Part shown: in pieces, positions 8,554 through 19,548 of the stretch | Numbering within the stretch: the first letter of the stretch is position 1 | How the letters are laid out: the number at the start of each line of letters is the position of its first letter | Source of the DNA: a virus | IMG/VR virus record: IMGVR_UViG_3300021171_000005 | Coordinates: 29,866-93,865 of that record | Reading direction: 5' to 3' (one strand) | Length of the DNA stretch: 64,000 nucleotides | Program-made: the position numbers and the translations under genes | Notes under the pieces: model-generated | The model's input: the letters and a program-made list of their open reading frames with translations, nothing else | Database searches by the model: none | What the model was told of the DNA's origin: nothing

Positions 8554-11500
8554 TGACCGGATCATTACAGCTTGCAGGAGCGCAGAGTCAGAAACCACCG
8601 CGCTATGCCCCGCTATACACGTCGAGGTTTTGGAGCGGTTTAAACACTAATCGCTCTCCTCTTCGAAGTGCGGGGTCTGCATACGAGGAACGTTATCTCG
8701 GCACGCGGGGCGACGCACTTATCGATGGCAGTAATTGTGAAATTACGCCACGTCTGACGCTTGCTCGTAGGCCGGGCAATCCTGTCTATAATTCCAGCAC
8801 TTTTGGCCCGGTAGATGCGTTTTATTCCTTCAGGGAATTTAACGCTACAACCGAGCAAATCCGTGTCATGGTGGACGAAACCACTGCGCTATATGACGGA
8901 ACTGCCAATTCACGAATTCTAGTATTCACAAAGAGTTCGGGTGCTGGGCAGTCTTTCATGCAGTCGGTCGGAAACAATCTTTTCTTTGCCAACGGCATTG
9001 ACCAAAAGAAATGGGTCCAGACGTTGTTTACCCGCAATGCGAGCGGGGCACTGCCGAACATTGCCAATAGCACAACTCTGAGCACCGTCAGTACACCATT
9101 TCTGACGACGTATGTAATCGACAGCAACGGCAATCTTCAGCAATTGCTGGCAACTTCGCTTACAACGATTTCTAACGTTGCGTATACTGCGCCGACCCTG
9201 ACCTTGACAGTTGGTTCAACTGCCGGGATTACGGTCGGACAGAATTACGTTATCTGGAATATGGCAACGGCGGTGTGGTTGGACGGCATGACGATTAACG
9301 TCGTCACTGCGAGTGGCACTACCGTAACCGCGACGTTAGTTAATGCCGCTCACGCCAATTATGCTTCTGCCGCCGATACCGGAAATTTCACGGTTATTGG
9401 CGGGACGCCTTCGGCTGTAACTGGGGGCAGTGTTCCGACTTGGAACACGACAGTACCTGCTGCTGGCAATACTCCTCCGTGGCAGGGCGGATTCACAGTT
9501 GACGGTACGGCTATTTGGGTTAATCGCGGAAATCCCGTAGAAAATTGGGGGATAGCGCAAACTACTTCACCCCCGACGGTAACTGTGGGTTCGGCGTCTG
9601 CCGCGTGGCACGCGAACACGTACTATTCCTTGCCGGGCGTGGTAATTGACACTCGTAGCAGCAATAACAATATTTGGCAGGCGACGACTACTGGAACCAC
9701 CGGTTCTACGATTTCATTTCCAACGTCTCCTTCTGTCGGCGATAATTTTACTGAAGGAACAATTGTCTGGCATTGCGTGGCGAACACTGCTTCGGCGGTC
9801 TGGGCCTCGCATACTAATTTTGCCTCTGGCGCTCTCATTGTAGAAACTGCCGGAGGAACGCCATGTCTGTTCCGGCTTTCCATCGCCCAACCTTCCGTTC
9901 AACTGTCCACGTTGATGACGGCGAAGTTTGTCGCTCACAGCGCTTCCGGCGTATTTGATGGTGACTGGGGCGGTTCGGTGGGCGCACCGGTTCTATTTGG
10001 CACGGCTACTCCGCTAGTAATTGCCGCGACCGCGACCAATATCAATTCGCATCTGTGGAATCGCTACAATACCTCCCTCCAGCCGATTGTGGTCTATACC
10101 CTTAACGGCGCGGGCGAGAGCAGCGCGGCTACCTCCACAACCCCGTGGGCGGGTGCTACAACGAACTGGGAAATGATGCTGTTTGGGACCATGACCGTCA
10201 ATCAGGCGGGTCCTGTCAGTTTTCTAGTTGGGCATAACGATGGGTTTTATCTTGGGATGGACGGCGGGGCGACGTACGTCTCGGGGCCGAATACCGGTTT
10301 GTCTACCCGTACTCTTAGCCCTTGGAATGGATATCCGCTGGTTGGTGGAAACAACGTTCCCGGCGATTTTAGCGCGGGTGAGACATTAACTGTAAACTGC
10401 CCAACCGCTGGTACGTACAATTTCGAATGGGCGTTCGCGCAAAAAGATACGTTCCAAGTATTCACGGTTACTGCGAACGGCGCTCAGATTACGCCCACTC
10501 CGCTTGAAACGGGAACGTCAATTCCCAGTTTTCCGGGATTCAGTAAAGCTTTTGCTCCCAATTACGCAAACATTGTCGAAACTCAAATCGGCAACCCAGC
10601 GGTTCCATCTGTTCCGGGGAGCAAGGCATACGAATGGGACAATTTAGGACCAGTTACAGATTTTGCGTGGCGGGCTAAAGTTGCCGTTACGTTGGCGAAC
10701 ACCACGATCACCGATCCGAATAATAACACCGAAGCGCCCTTCGAGGCTGGTGTTAGCGGAACGGTAACGCCGACGTTTGCTACCGGCCTTAATCAGCTTA
10801 CCAACGATAATCCAAATCTAGTTTGGATCAATAAAGGTCCAGCGTCCGCGCCAACTCCCGGCACGATTAGCGCTTTCAACGGCGGTTTTCAATACGTCGT
10901 AGCGTTAGTCAACACCATGACTAACACGGTTTCGAATGCTTCTGGGTTTAGTGTTGCGACAGGCAATTTCATCGGAGCTTCGGGAATCACCATTACCGGC
11001 GGGCTGCCCGCAACCGCAAACATCGATCCGCAATCCGATTGGGTCGCCATATTCAGAACAACGGATGGGCAAACCACGCCGTTCCTCATTCCCGGAACTG
11101 GAAATTCGATCTATACCGTTCCTCTTTCTCAATATCTTCAGAATGGATACGTAGATAGCACCCCGGATACGGGGCTGAACAATTTAATTGAGGCTCCGAT
11201 TGCGGGCGAGAACACCCCTCCGGCGAATGGCGCTCAAAATCTAACCTACCATCTCAGCCGCATCTTCTTCAGCGTCGGAAACACGGTTTATTGGACTTCT
11301 GGACCGGATGCGCCCGTAGGAAACGGAATCGAAGGTGTTGCCCCAGCGAATACCCAAGTATTTCCTTCGTTGGTGCGACGACTTGTTCCGACTACTGCCG
11401 GGTTGTTTGTATTTACGGTGTCCGATATATACGTAATCATCGGGCAGGGAACCGCCAGCAACCCAATTCAGCCCGCGTATCCGTATTTACAGGGCATTGG

Positions 11501-12269
11501 TCTATTGAACTACAACGCGCTTGATATTAATGGCGCGGATATGGGTTTCTACACGTCTGATAAGCGATTCGTTATTCTGAATCCGTCCTCGGGTCCGTCA
11601 GACGTTGGATTTACGATTGGCAATGTAATTACGTCGATCAGTCCTACTGCTGCGTATGTTACGTGGCATTCTTCTGGGGAAGATTCGGCGTGGTTCATCT
11701 CTAATGGTTCGACTGGATGGTACCGAGTCAGCCCAACTCCTTCACCGGAGCAGGGAATCACATGGTCACCTTTTGCCTCCATTGTTGGCGGGGCGAAGGC
11801 GGTCCAATCAATTGAAACCTCGCCGGGCGTGCATAATCTTTTGTTGGGACCAACGACCTCCGGTCCTATTCTGAATCGCAGCATCAGTTCATTTCAGGAT
11901 AATAGCAGCAACTATTCGTGGTTTGCGACGGTCGGCAGTCATGTGCTGGCGAATCCCGGACAGCTCGCCGAAGTGATGTTCTTGGCAGTGGATTCAGTGG
12001 CAATCGGAACCCCACCGTCGATTAGTGTAGTGTTCGACGAGGCCGTGCCTTATTACACGGGAGCATTCGAGCCGATTAATAACCCGGTGTACGATCCACC
12101 GACAACTCATCCTAGTGCCTCTCTTTATCAACAGAGATTCTATTTGTCCGAAACTGGACAACCAGCGGTGTGTCGGTCAATGCAGTATAGGATCGATTTC
12201 CCGGCGGAAAATGTGCAAAACGAAATCTTAAGCTGCACCGTCTTTGGCGCGTTGCTCGTGGAGCAATAA
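8553..12269 (+). CDS. Tail nozzle / DNA stabilization protein (P22 gp10 / T7 gp12-like) with large inserted domains
   Basis: N-terminal SGL..R...LARRPG and C-terminal beta-propeller-like region; insertion with WxAxTxY repeats and a PA14-like HNDGFYL motif; start by TAATG coupling. Confidence 0.6.
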   Translation: MTGSLQLAGAQSQKPPRYAPLYTSRFWSGLNTNRSPLRSAGSAYEERYLGTRGDALIDGSNCEITPRLTLARRPGNPVYNSSTFGPVDAFYSFREFNATTEQIRVMVDETTALYDGTANSRILVFTKSSGAGQSFMQSVGNNLFFANGIDQKKWVQTLFTRNASGALPNIANSTTLSTVSTPFLTTYVIDSNGNLQQLLATSLTTISNVAYTAPTLTLTVGSTAGITVGQNYVIWNMATAVWLDGMTINVVTASGTTVTATLVNAAHANYASAADTGNFTVIGGTPSAVTGGSVPTWNTTVPAAGNTPPWQGGFTVDGTAIWVNRGNPVENWGIAQTTSPPTVTVGSASAAWHANTYYSLPGVVIDTRSSNNNIWQATTTGTTGSTISFPTSPSVGDNFTEGTIVWHCVANTASAVWASHTNFASGALIVETAGGTPCLFRLSIAQPSVQLSTLMTAKFVAHSASGVFDGDWGGSVGAPVLFGTATPLVIAATATNINSHLWNRYNTSLQPIVVYTLNGAGESSAATSTTPWAGATTNWEMMLFGTMTVNQAGPVSFLVGHNDGFYLGMDGGATYVSGPNTGLSTRTLSPWNGYPLVGGNNVPGDFSAGETLTVNCPTAGTYNFEWAFAQKDTFQVFTVTANGAQITPTPLETGTSIPSFPGFSKAFAPNYANIVETQIGNPAVPSVPGSKAYEWDNLGPVTDFAWRAKVAVTLANTTITDPNNNTEAPFEAGVSGTVTPTFATGLNQLTNDNPNLVWINKGPASAPTPGTISAFNGGFQYVVALVNTMTNTVSNASGFSVATGNFIGASGITITGGLPATANIDPQSDWVAIFRTTDGQTTPFLIPGTGNSIYTVPLSQYLQNGYVDSTPDTGLNNLIEAPIAGENTPPANGAQNLTYHLSRIFFSVGNTVYWTSGPDAPVGNGIEGVAPANTQVFPSLVRRLVPTTAGLFVFTVSDIYVIIGQGTASNPIQPAYPYLQGIGLLNYNALDINGADMGFYTSDKRFVILNPSSGPSDVGFTIGNVITSISPTAAYVTWHSSGEDSAWFISNGSTGWYRVSPTPSPEQGITWSPFASIVGGAKAVQSIETSPGVHNLLLGPTTSGPILNRSISSFQDNSSNYSWFATVGSHVLANPGQLAEVMFLAVDSVAIGTPPSISVVFDEAVPYYTGAFEPINNPVYDPPTTHPSASLYQQRFYLSETGQPAVCRSMQYRIDFPAENVQNEILSCTVFGALLVEQ

Positions 12270-12964
12270 TGGCAACGATCCAAGAAGCAATTAACAGAGA
12301 TACATCTGGATATACGCGGCAGGATAACCCTTCTACTCCGGCTCACCAGATAGAAGAATACATGCTCCCGCCTCGCAATGTAATCCAGATTTGTTCTCTG
12401 CCTAATTTGCCGGGCATTTTTCCTTCGACCAACAACATCATCGATTTCCACGTTGGCGGCAAGGTTCCTCAATTTCGCGCACCACTGGCCGCGCCGGTTA
12501 CTTCGCAAGGATCGTCTACAACTACAACCGCCGTCATTACTGCAACTAGTTCAGGCGGCTCTACGACGCCCGGCAATCCTCCGACTTCAAAGACAGCCTC
12601 GATAACAACTCCCATTATCATTTCAGGGAATACGTTTCAAGGCACGATTCTGTTAGCGAAGTCATTTTTATTGTATACCTTGGCCGTCAATAATGCTTGC
12701 CGGGTCCGGCTGTATTCTACGTCTTCCGCGCAATCTACAGATTTATCACGCGGTTTAGGAATTCCGGTAGGGCTAGGAACGGGGCAGGGAATTATCTCGG
12801 ATGTTGAAATCGACTCAGCTCCTACGATATTCCAATATACGAATACCGATGGATCGAATGGTGACAATCCACAAGGCAATGTCGTGTATGTAACTATTAC
12901 TAATTTAAGTTTATCGAACGTCGCTATAACAGCGACCATTACGTATATCCCCTTACAATCCTAA
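12269..12964 (+). CDS. Tail-associated protein
   Basis: ACRVRLY motif; Thr/Ser-rich; coupled to neighbours. Confidence 0.5.
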   Translation: MATIQEAINRDTSGYTRQDNPSTPAHQIEEYMLPPRNVIQICSLPNLPGIFPSTNNIIDFHVGGKVPQFRAPLAAPVTSQGSSTTTTAVITATSSGGSTTPGNPPTSKTASITTPIIISGNTFQGTILLAKSFLLYTLAVNNACRVRLYSTSSAQSTDLSRGLGIPVGLGTGQGIISDVEIDSAPTIFQYTNTDGSNGDNPQGNVVYVTITNLSLSNVAITATITYIPLQS

Positions 12965-13338
12965 TGATATTAAGAACCTTAGACGAGAACGATAAAGCAT
13001 TATTGGCCGAATGGATCGCGGCGGAGCCCGATCACAGCAATAGTACACCTGATTTTTACTATACGCCGGGTACGAAAACTATTCTTTATTCTGATGAACA
13101 AGGTCCGGTCTGCGTGGTTCGATATTCATCGTCCCTTCGCCTCGATATCGATTTTTCACCCACTGCTGGGAAAGATAGAATTAAGAAAATGCTTTCGGCC
13201 AATTTACCGGAAGTTGTGAATCAAGCAAAAGCACAAGGTTTTAGTGAATTAGTTTTTGACAGTACGTCAAAAGCGCTGATTCGGTTCTGTGAAAAATTAG
13301 GATTTACAGTTTGTCCTGATTATCGGAAAACCTTTTAA
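12964..13338 (+). CDS. GNAT-like virion assembly protein (T7 gp13 / P22 gp14 position)
   Basis: ILRTL...D...LIRFCEKLGF; syntenic position before the ejection proteins. Confidence 0.55.
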   Translation: MILRTLDENDKALLAEWIAAEPDHSNSTPDFYYTPGTKTILYSDEQGPVCVVRYSSSLRLDIDFSPTAGKDRIKKMLSANLPEVVNQAKAQGFSELVFDSTSKALIRFCEKLGFTVCPDYRKTF

Positions 13339-13835
13339 TCAACGTGTTTCCATATTTGCCGATGGCAAATTGAACTGAGCGTTGATTCGCTAAGTTTAAA
13401 CATTGAAGACAGTTGGCGAAGTAAATAACCTTCCGCTCGCAACTGTCGAATCCGCTTCACGTCCTCTTCGGATATCTTTGATTGGCTGTGTGCTGATCCA
13501 ACAGATGCGAGGCCCGTTTGGTAGGCGTGGGTCTCGTTTTCCGAACGAGTTGACCATTCTAAATTACATGCTCGATTGTCTGTTTTAATTCCATTGATAT
13601 GGTTTACCTCTGATTTGTTATCCGGATTAGGAACAAATGTGACGGCGATCAATCGTGACACATATTTGTTAATTTGTTTTCCATTATCAACATGCATACA
13701 AACACGATGATAACCAATATTGTTTGTAGATGGAGTTAGAACTTGAGATTTTCCTATTCTACGAATATGCCCGTCAGTGGATGCTTCATAAAACTTGTCA
13801 TATCCGGGAATTGGTTTCCAAACTGGCTTAATCAT
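13335..13835 (-). CDS. NUMOD4-HNH homing endonuclease, inserted antisense
   Basis: WKPIPGY..YEAS..G (NUMOD4); VNHINGIKTDNRACNLEW (HNH); C-terminal HTH. Confidence 0.9.
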   Translation of the reverse strand: MIKPVWKPIPGYDKFYEASTDGHIRRIGKSQVLTPSTNNIGYHRVCMHVDNGKQINKYVSRLIAVTFVPNPDNKSEVNHINGIKTDNRACNLEWSTRSENETHAYQTGLASVGSAHSQSKISEEDVKRIRQLRAEGYLLRQLSSMFKLSESTLSSICHRQIWKHVD

Positions 13836-13864
13836 CCAAATATGATATCACATAAGGCGCGATA

Positions 13865-14659
13865 ATGCAATATATTTATACAACAATAACCGTCGATATG
13901 GTATCAGGCCAAGTCCTTGAGAAAGAAGGATTTTGGTACGACGGATTGACTGAATTAGCTTGTGGAGCCGGAACCGACCAAAAGCAAATCTATAATCAGC
14001 AGCTTGACAATCTAAATAGTCTAAGCAATCGCGCTCAACAAATATTTGGGGATTCGTCAAATATTTTCAATAGCTTAACCGCTGGTTTTGAACCAATTGC
14101 CGCAGCCGGTCCCGGTCAAAACGGATTTACCGCACCGGAATTGGCTAATCTTCAATCTCAAGCCATTACGCAGACCGGGCAGGCTTATCGTAATGCTGCA
14201 CAGGCCGCCGGAGAACGATCTGCCGCAGCGGGTGGAGGAAATGCTTTACTTCCAAGTGGCACTACTGCTCAGTTGCAAGCAAATATTGCACAAGCTGGAG
14301 CTGGCCAAACCGCCAACGAACTGTCAAATATTAATCTACAAAATGCCCAAGTCGGCAGACAAAATTGGTTGTCAGCTGCTGGAATTTTATCCGGTGCTCC
14401 CAATGTATTTAATCCTGCCATAAGTGCGGGGAATTCGGTTACTGGAGCAGGATCGGCGACTGCAAATACGGCAAATCAAATTGCTCAGCAAGACAATTCT
14501 TGGATGAATGTCGTTGGCGGGGCGCTCGGGGGGATCACCAGTGGACTTACTAGCGGCTTGATGAAGGGCAGTAGCGGCGGCTCTGGTGGCGGGGGCGGAG
14601 GAGGATTCCTTCCGTCGGATTCAGGTGGTTGGGGCGACGTAGGTTCATCGACAGGATAA
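13865..14659 (+). CDS. DNA ejection / internal virion protein
   Basis: Gln/Ala/Gly-rich; GPxxLACG-like motif; synteny. Confidence 0.55.
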   Translation: MQYIYTTITVDMVSGQVLEKEGFWYDGLTELACGAGTDQKQIYNQQLDNLNSLSNRAQQIFGDSSNIFNSLTAGFEPIAAAGPGQNGFTAPELANLQSQAITQTGQAYRNAAQAAGERSAAAGGGNALLPSGTTAQLQANIAQAGAGQTANELSNINLQNAQVGRQNWLSAAGILSGAPNVFNPAISAGNSVTGAGSATANTANQIAQQDNSWMNVVGGALGGITSGLTSGLMKGSSGGSGGGGGGGFLPSDSGGWGDVGSSTG

Positions 14660-14661
14660 TT

Positions 14662-16848
14662 ATGGCAGATGATGATCAGGTAATAGAAGCACCAGAAGTA
14701 GACGAGTCTCCCGAACCGGATCAGTCCAGTTCTGGACAACCTCCGGTCGCTGCCGCGCCGATGGCTCCGCCTGCCCAGCCGCAGGGTCCGCCCATTCAGG
14801 TCGTAGCCGCGCATCCAAAGGCGAATCTTTTTCATAATCTCTTGAACGCTCTGGGGGGCGGGGATCAAACGCAATATTCCGTCGATCCACAAACTGGGGC
14901 GATGTCGGTTACCCGTGTTCCTCAAACTTCTGGCCAATTGGCTAAGGGAATCCTAGCCGGTGCCCTCACGGGAATGTTCGCGGGCGCGGGGGAGCGCGGT
15001 CCCGGAAGCGAAGGTCGATCCGCCGCCGCTGGATTCGCCGCCGCACAACAGCAACGCAATGCTGTTCAGGCACAGAACCAAGCAATGGCTAAGGAAGATT
15101 TTGAGCGCCAGCAACAGGCCAAAGTCCGCCAAGCGCAGATTATGAAGGCGAATTTCGACGCCATGAAATCTGCTTACGCTATCGGCAAGGAAAACGACGA
15201 ACAGAAAGATAAAATCGTTTCCAATCATGCCGATGATTTGGCTCAGTGGGCTAATACTGGAGCGGTTAAAGACAAAGACGTTCCGTCCGATCAATTGATG
15301 AAGAAAGGTTACGATCCGTCCAAATATATCGCAGTGCCGGATGGTAAAGTTGCTGTCTTCAAACCGGATGGCTCGCGGGCGACGGACGAAAATGGCGTTC
15401 CGCTTTCTCAACTGACGTACAGCGTTATCGACGGAACTACGCAGGCCCCGCTTACGCAAGAAAAATATGACAAGATGGTGAAATACGGCCTTCAGAAGCA
15501 GGGATCGTCTACACAAATTCCTGAAGGTGCAACCGTTTCTTCCGCAGTTCTGGCCCAAATGAATCATCGTATGGACCTCGTTGATCAGACGCAGAATGAG
15601 ATTGATAAGGCCATTGGACCGGGCAAAGTTAATGTAGTGGACAAGATCAAAGAGAATCCGGGATTATTGCCCGCCATTGAAGCCTACCACAACGATGGTT
15701 CCTCTACAGAAATCGACAATCAGATTAATAACCTTCAGGCAAAGAATCCTCAAGCTGCGGGGCTTATGCGTAGTTTGGTGGGTAAAGACGAACTCGAAGG
15801 TCTCAAGGAAAAACGCGAGGATCGTATCGCTGCTGGAAAAGCCGCAGCTACGGAAACCGCACGAATCAACGCCGAAGAAGGCACTCCAACTGGAAAAGCA
15901 AAAGCTAAGAAAGAATCTCAGCAACTAACTAACGAACAACTCGAAGGCCAAATTAAGCAACTAGATTTGGCTAAGAAAAAAGCCGAAGCCGCGCCCGCAA
16001 ATACTCAACACGGCCCACTTGAGAACGGTATCGATAATACGTATATAAATAGCTTACCTTCGGAAAAACAAAACGCAGTGCGTTTGATTGGCAAAGGAAC
16101 CATTCCATATACTGCTCAAGCCCTGCGTACTTCGGTAGGTCAGAATTATTTAGAAATCCTCGCCAATGCTTTCCCCGGAGATGCTACTCATCCGGGATTC
16201 GATGCTTCTCGTTTTCCAATATACGAGAAAACTCGTATGGGATTTACTTCGGGCAAAGAAGCTCAAGGTACCCGAGCATTTAGCACAGCAATGGAACACT
16301 TGAAGGAGGCAAATGACAATATCAGTGCCCTTTCTACCATTGGCGGATTAAAGGATTTAACTCAAATCGGAGCGTTCGGTTCTTCTGCTCGTCAACAAGC
16401 GAATCGTCTAAACGTGGCAAAAGATGCGGTCGGAGAAGAACTAGCAAAAGCGTATAAAGCGGGTGTAGCCGATAAAAATGAAGTTGAAGGTTGGAAAGAT
16501 AAGTTGAATACCAATGTTCCTAGTAAATTGAAAGATAATATTCAAGAAGTTGCCCGACTACTCAAAGGTCAATTCGATTCTTTGCAGTCTCAATGGGATA
16601 ATGGCTCTCCTCCGGGGATGGTTTCTCCATTGAATAATTTGATTTCGCCGCAAGCACAAAAAGCCTATAAAGGCATCATTGGGCAAGATATCGGATATGG
16701 CACGTCGGCAGGGAGCGCACAGAATCCGCCAGCAGCCCCGCAATCTCATACATTTAGTCTCAGCGCGTGGCAGAAAGCCAATCCTACCGGCGATGCGAAT
16801 GCTGCTAAAGCCGCCGCGCAAGCTCAAGGATATCAGGTCACAAATTAA
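14662..16848 (+). CDS. DNA ejection / internal virion protein
   Basis: Long helical A/Q/K-rich ORF; start chosen after the AGGA RBS. Confidence 0.55.
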   Translation: MADDDQVIEAPEVDESPEPDQSSSGQPPVAAAPMAPPAQPQGPPIQVVAAHPKANLFHNLLNALGGGDQTQYSVDPQTGAMSVTRVPQTSGQLAKGILAGALTGMFAGAGERGPGSEGRSAAAGFAAAQQQRNAVQAQNQAMAKEDFERQQQAKVRQAQIMKANFDAMKSAYAIGKENDEQKDKIVSNHADDLAQWANTGAVKDKDVPSDQLMKKGYDPSKYIAVPDGKVAVFKPDGSRATDENGVPLSQLTYSVIDGTTQAPLTQEKYDKMVKYGLQKQGSSTQIPEGATVSSAVLAQMNHRMDLVDQTQNEIDKAIGPGKVNVVDKIKENPGLLPAIEAYHNDGSSTEIDNQINNLQAKNPQAAGLMRSLVGKDELEGLKEKREDRIAAGKAAATETARINAEEGTPTGKAKAKKESQQLTNEQLEGQIKQLDLAKKKAEAAPANTQHGPLENGIDNTYINSLPSEKQNAVRLIGKGTIPYTAQALRTSVGQNYLEILANAFPGDATHPGFDASRFPIYEKTRMGFTSGKEAQGTRAFSTAMEHLKEANDNISALSTIGGLKDLTQIGAFGSSARQQANRLNVAKDAVGEELAKAYKAGVADKNEVEGWKDKLNTNVPSKLKDNIQEVARLLKGQFDSLQSQWDNGSPPGMVSPLNNLISPQAQKAYKGIIGQDIGYGTSAGSAQNPPAAPQSHTFSLSAWQKANPTGDANAAKAAAQAQGYQVTN

Positions 16849-18779
16849 TGGCTACTCCGACACCACAGCCAATTGATATTTCGGCGGGTTTGGTTCCCAA
16901 ACAAGATGCGGGGTCCGGTATAGATTTATCTGCCGGTCTTGATCAGTCCACATCCGGACAACCCGCCGCCCCGCAAGCACCATTCTTAGAACGAATGGGG
17001 CAGGGAATTGCTTCTGGTGCTGCTGAAACAGTTGCGGGGCTGGGCAAGATCGGCAGCCACATTCCCGGTACAAGTTACGTTTCCGAGAAATTAGGTGATG
17101 CTCTCGGTCTTCCTAAACTAGGACCCGATCAGAATCCCTATGACACCGTAGAGAAATCCGTCCAGCACAATAAAGAGCAAGCCACTAATAATACTGCGGG
17201 GCGGATTGGATACGGAGGGGAAACGCTGACTGAATTTCTCTTGGGCGACGAGGCTCTAAAAGGTTTGTCGTTGGCGGATAAACTTAAGGCCGCCTCTGGC
17301 GTTGCTCAAATGTTTGAGAAATCCCCGAAATTGATGAAAGCTGTTCAGATTGGCGCGGATGCCATGAAGAACTATCCAAAGGCTACTGAAATTGTCGGCG
17401 AGGCTATGCGGCAAGGAGCGGTACAAGGAACGCAGACTCTTGCCAAGACTGGCGGGGATGTTGACGAGGCCGCCAAAGAAGGCGCAACGATGGCCGGGAC
17501 TTCCGGTGTTCTTGGCGCAGTCGGGGCAGGTGCCGGAAGCCTTCTTGAAAAAGGCGGCAAAGCCGCACAAACCGTAGAAACACTCGGCAAGGTTGCCGAA
17601 GCTGCACCATCCAAGGAAGAAGTAACCGAAGGTGCTAAAAACGCCGTAGATGCCGCCAAGCAATCCATGCACACGAAGTTCGAGGCGGGCATTCAAGATT
17701 TGACCGAACGTTTGGGCGATAAAGAAGTTCCTCATGCGGACAGTCCTATCGCCGCTACTGCAAAAGAATTGATTAAGGCTCCCGAACCAGCCGAGCACGG
17801 GTTGGTGGCTGCTGCGAAAGAAGCCGCTGGCGAAAGAATGGACAAACCAGTGAAGGCTTTGCTTGATAAGGCCGCTGCGCAAGAAGGGCAGGCGTGGAAA
17901 GTAAATGATTTAGTTGATTTCCGGCAAGCCGTTAGAAAATTGGCGGATTCTTACCCGCCCGGCGACCCTAATGCCCGAACGCTTTATAAATTGCTACCTT
18001 CCGTGGACGATACTTTGGGAAAGTTGGCAGATCAATCTGGGGATACTGCTGCTAAATCCGATTACGCGGCACTTCGAAAAGACTACAAAAACAAAATCAA
18101 ATATTTCACTCCGTCTGGAAAACCAGAGGATCGCATTGCTTATGCGACAGCCAATGTTTTACGCACAGGGACCAAAGAAGACATTGGCAAGTATCTCATG
18201 AGTGGTGATGCCCGAGCCAAGGTTAAAGCCTTGACTGGACTGTTGGGCGATGACGGGGCTAAAGATATTGGTAAAAATGTTTTCAGTACGATGCTAGAAG
18301 ATGCTTCTCCAAATGGAAGATTGAATCCGACAGCTCTTGTCCAGAAGTGGGCAAAGTTACCAAATGAAGCCAAGAACAGTCTCTTTGATTCTAAGATTGG
18401 CGACACCGCTATCCAACAGCTAATGCAGGATACCAAAAGCGCCGCTCAAGTTCAGAGATTGATGCGTTTAGGTGTGTTGTCTGCCATCTCTGGACCCATC
18501 GCTCATCCTATAGGCGCAGGAGTTGGAACTTTATTAGGATTGACAATCGAAGGCGGAGGATTTGAGGGCGGACGGAAAATGCTAGATTACGTTGCCAATC
18601 ACCCCGCAGTTTGGAAAAGTCTTGGATTGGCGGGAAAAGTTGCAAAAGCCGCCGAGTCCGGAACTGGACAAGCTCTCGGCACCGTAATCAAACAGCAGGC
18701 CGGACGCGGACTTAGCAGTGTAATGCAAGGGGCCTCGCAACCTTTGAGCGAACCCGCACCAATAGGAGAAGAACAATGA
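16848..18779 (+). CDS. DNA ejection / internal virion protein
   Basis: Ala/Gly-rich with duplicated IDxSAGL N-terminal motif; synteny. Confidence 0.55.
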   Translation: MATPTPQPIDISAGLVPKQDAGSGIDLSAGLDQSTSGQPAAPQAPFLERMGQGIASGAAETVAGLGKIGSHIPGTSYVSEKLGDALGLPKLGPDQNPYDTVEKSVQHNKEQATNNTAGRIGYGGETLTEFLLGDEALKGLSLADKLKAASGVAQMFEKSPKLMKAVQIGADAMKNYPKATEIVGEAMRQGAVQGTQTLAKTGGDVDEAAKEGATMAGTSGVLGAVGAGAGSLLEKGGKAAQTVETLGKVAEAAPSKEEVTEGAKNAVDAAKQSMHTKFEAGIQDLTERLGDKEVPHADSPIAATAKELIKAPEPAEHGLVAAAKEAAGERMDKPVKALLDKAAAQEGQAWKVNDLVDFRQAVRKLADSYPPGDPNARTLYKLLPSVDDTLGKLADQSGDTAAKSDYAALRKDYKNKIKYFTPSGKPEDRIAYATANVLRTGTKEDIGKYLMSGDARAKVKALTGLLGDDGAKDIGKNVFSTMLEDASPNGRLNPTALVQKWAKLPNEAKNSLFDSKIGDTAIQQLMQDTKSAAQVQRLMRLGVLSAISGPIAHPIGAGVGTLLGLTIEGGGFEGGRKMLDYVANHPAVWKSLGLAGKVAKAAESGTGQALGTVIKQQAGRGLSSVMQGASQPLSEPAPIGEEQ

Positions 18780-19087
18780 AATGCAGCGATCCCAATTGTG
18801 TATACGATCAATGTGCCGGGCATACTGAAGTAAAGCCCTTGGATTATACACACGAACATCAGAAAGTTAAGTCTCGTCTCACCGGTAAAAACGTCGAGAT
18901 CGCACAAGGGCCGATGCCCGCTGCCGCCGACCCGTCGAAAGGTGGATTGGTGCCCAGCAATCCGTTTGTTTCGCAGGCTCAAGCTGGCTATCTTCACAGT
19001 CATCCATCCGTACTCGGGGCCTCGCGATTGAAAGAATGGGATAACGCAACTCGTGGCAAGCACCTGCCAAAGCATGTGAAGAAATAA
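18776..19087 (+). CDS. Conserved small phage protein
   Basis: PFxSxAQ..Y...W...T...LPxHV motif. Confidence 0.5.
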   Translation: MKCSDPNCVYDQCAGHTEVKPLDYTHEHQKVKSRLTGKNVEIAQGPMPAAADPSKGGLVPSNPFVSQAQAGYLHSHPSVLGASRLKEWDNATRGKHLPKHVKK

Positions 19088-19548
19088 TGGGATATTCGTT
19101 GGGAAATTACGGTATCAGTACCGCCCCGCAACAAACGGTAGGCAGCAGTCGCTACGCAGACCTAATCAAAGGTCAGCTAGCATTGACAGCTTGGCGACAC
19201 GGCAGGACCTACGGTGGCCACGCCGCAAGTCTCTTGATCGCGCAGGTGATCGCTACGAGAGTTAAAAAGGGCTGGGGTAATTGGTTCGACGTTATTCAGA
19301 ACATCTATAAATGCTCCGCAACTTTGGAACAACCCATTGGCTTTCCGAATGCTTGGGACCGGGATTTTTTGAGAGTACTCGCAGAAATCGATGGCGTGTT
19401 CGATGGCACTGCCAAAGACAATACGAATGCGGCACTGTTTTGGGCAGACCTTAATAATATAACCTCCGAGTGGTTCCTAGAAAATGTGGCGCGGTCACCT
19501 AATCATACCCGTGTAGCAGATATGAATTCATTGACGTTCTGGAGCTAA
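19087..19548 (+). CDS. SleB/Hydrolase_2-like protein, catalytic Glu apparently absent
   Basis: LALTAWRHGR...IAQVIATRV...DNTNAALFW resembles LAxxIYxEARGE...AVAxVIxNRV...DPTxGAxxY. Confidence 0.45.
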   Translation: MGYSLGNYGISTAPQQTVGSSRYADLIKGQLALTAWRHGRTYGGHAASLLIAQVIATRVKKGWGNWFDVIQNIYKCSATLEQPIGFPNAWDRDFLRVLAEIDGVFDGTAKDNTNAALFWADLNNITSEWFLENVARSPNHTRVADMNSLTFWS

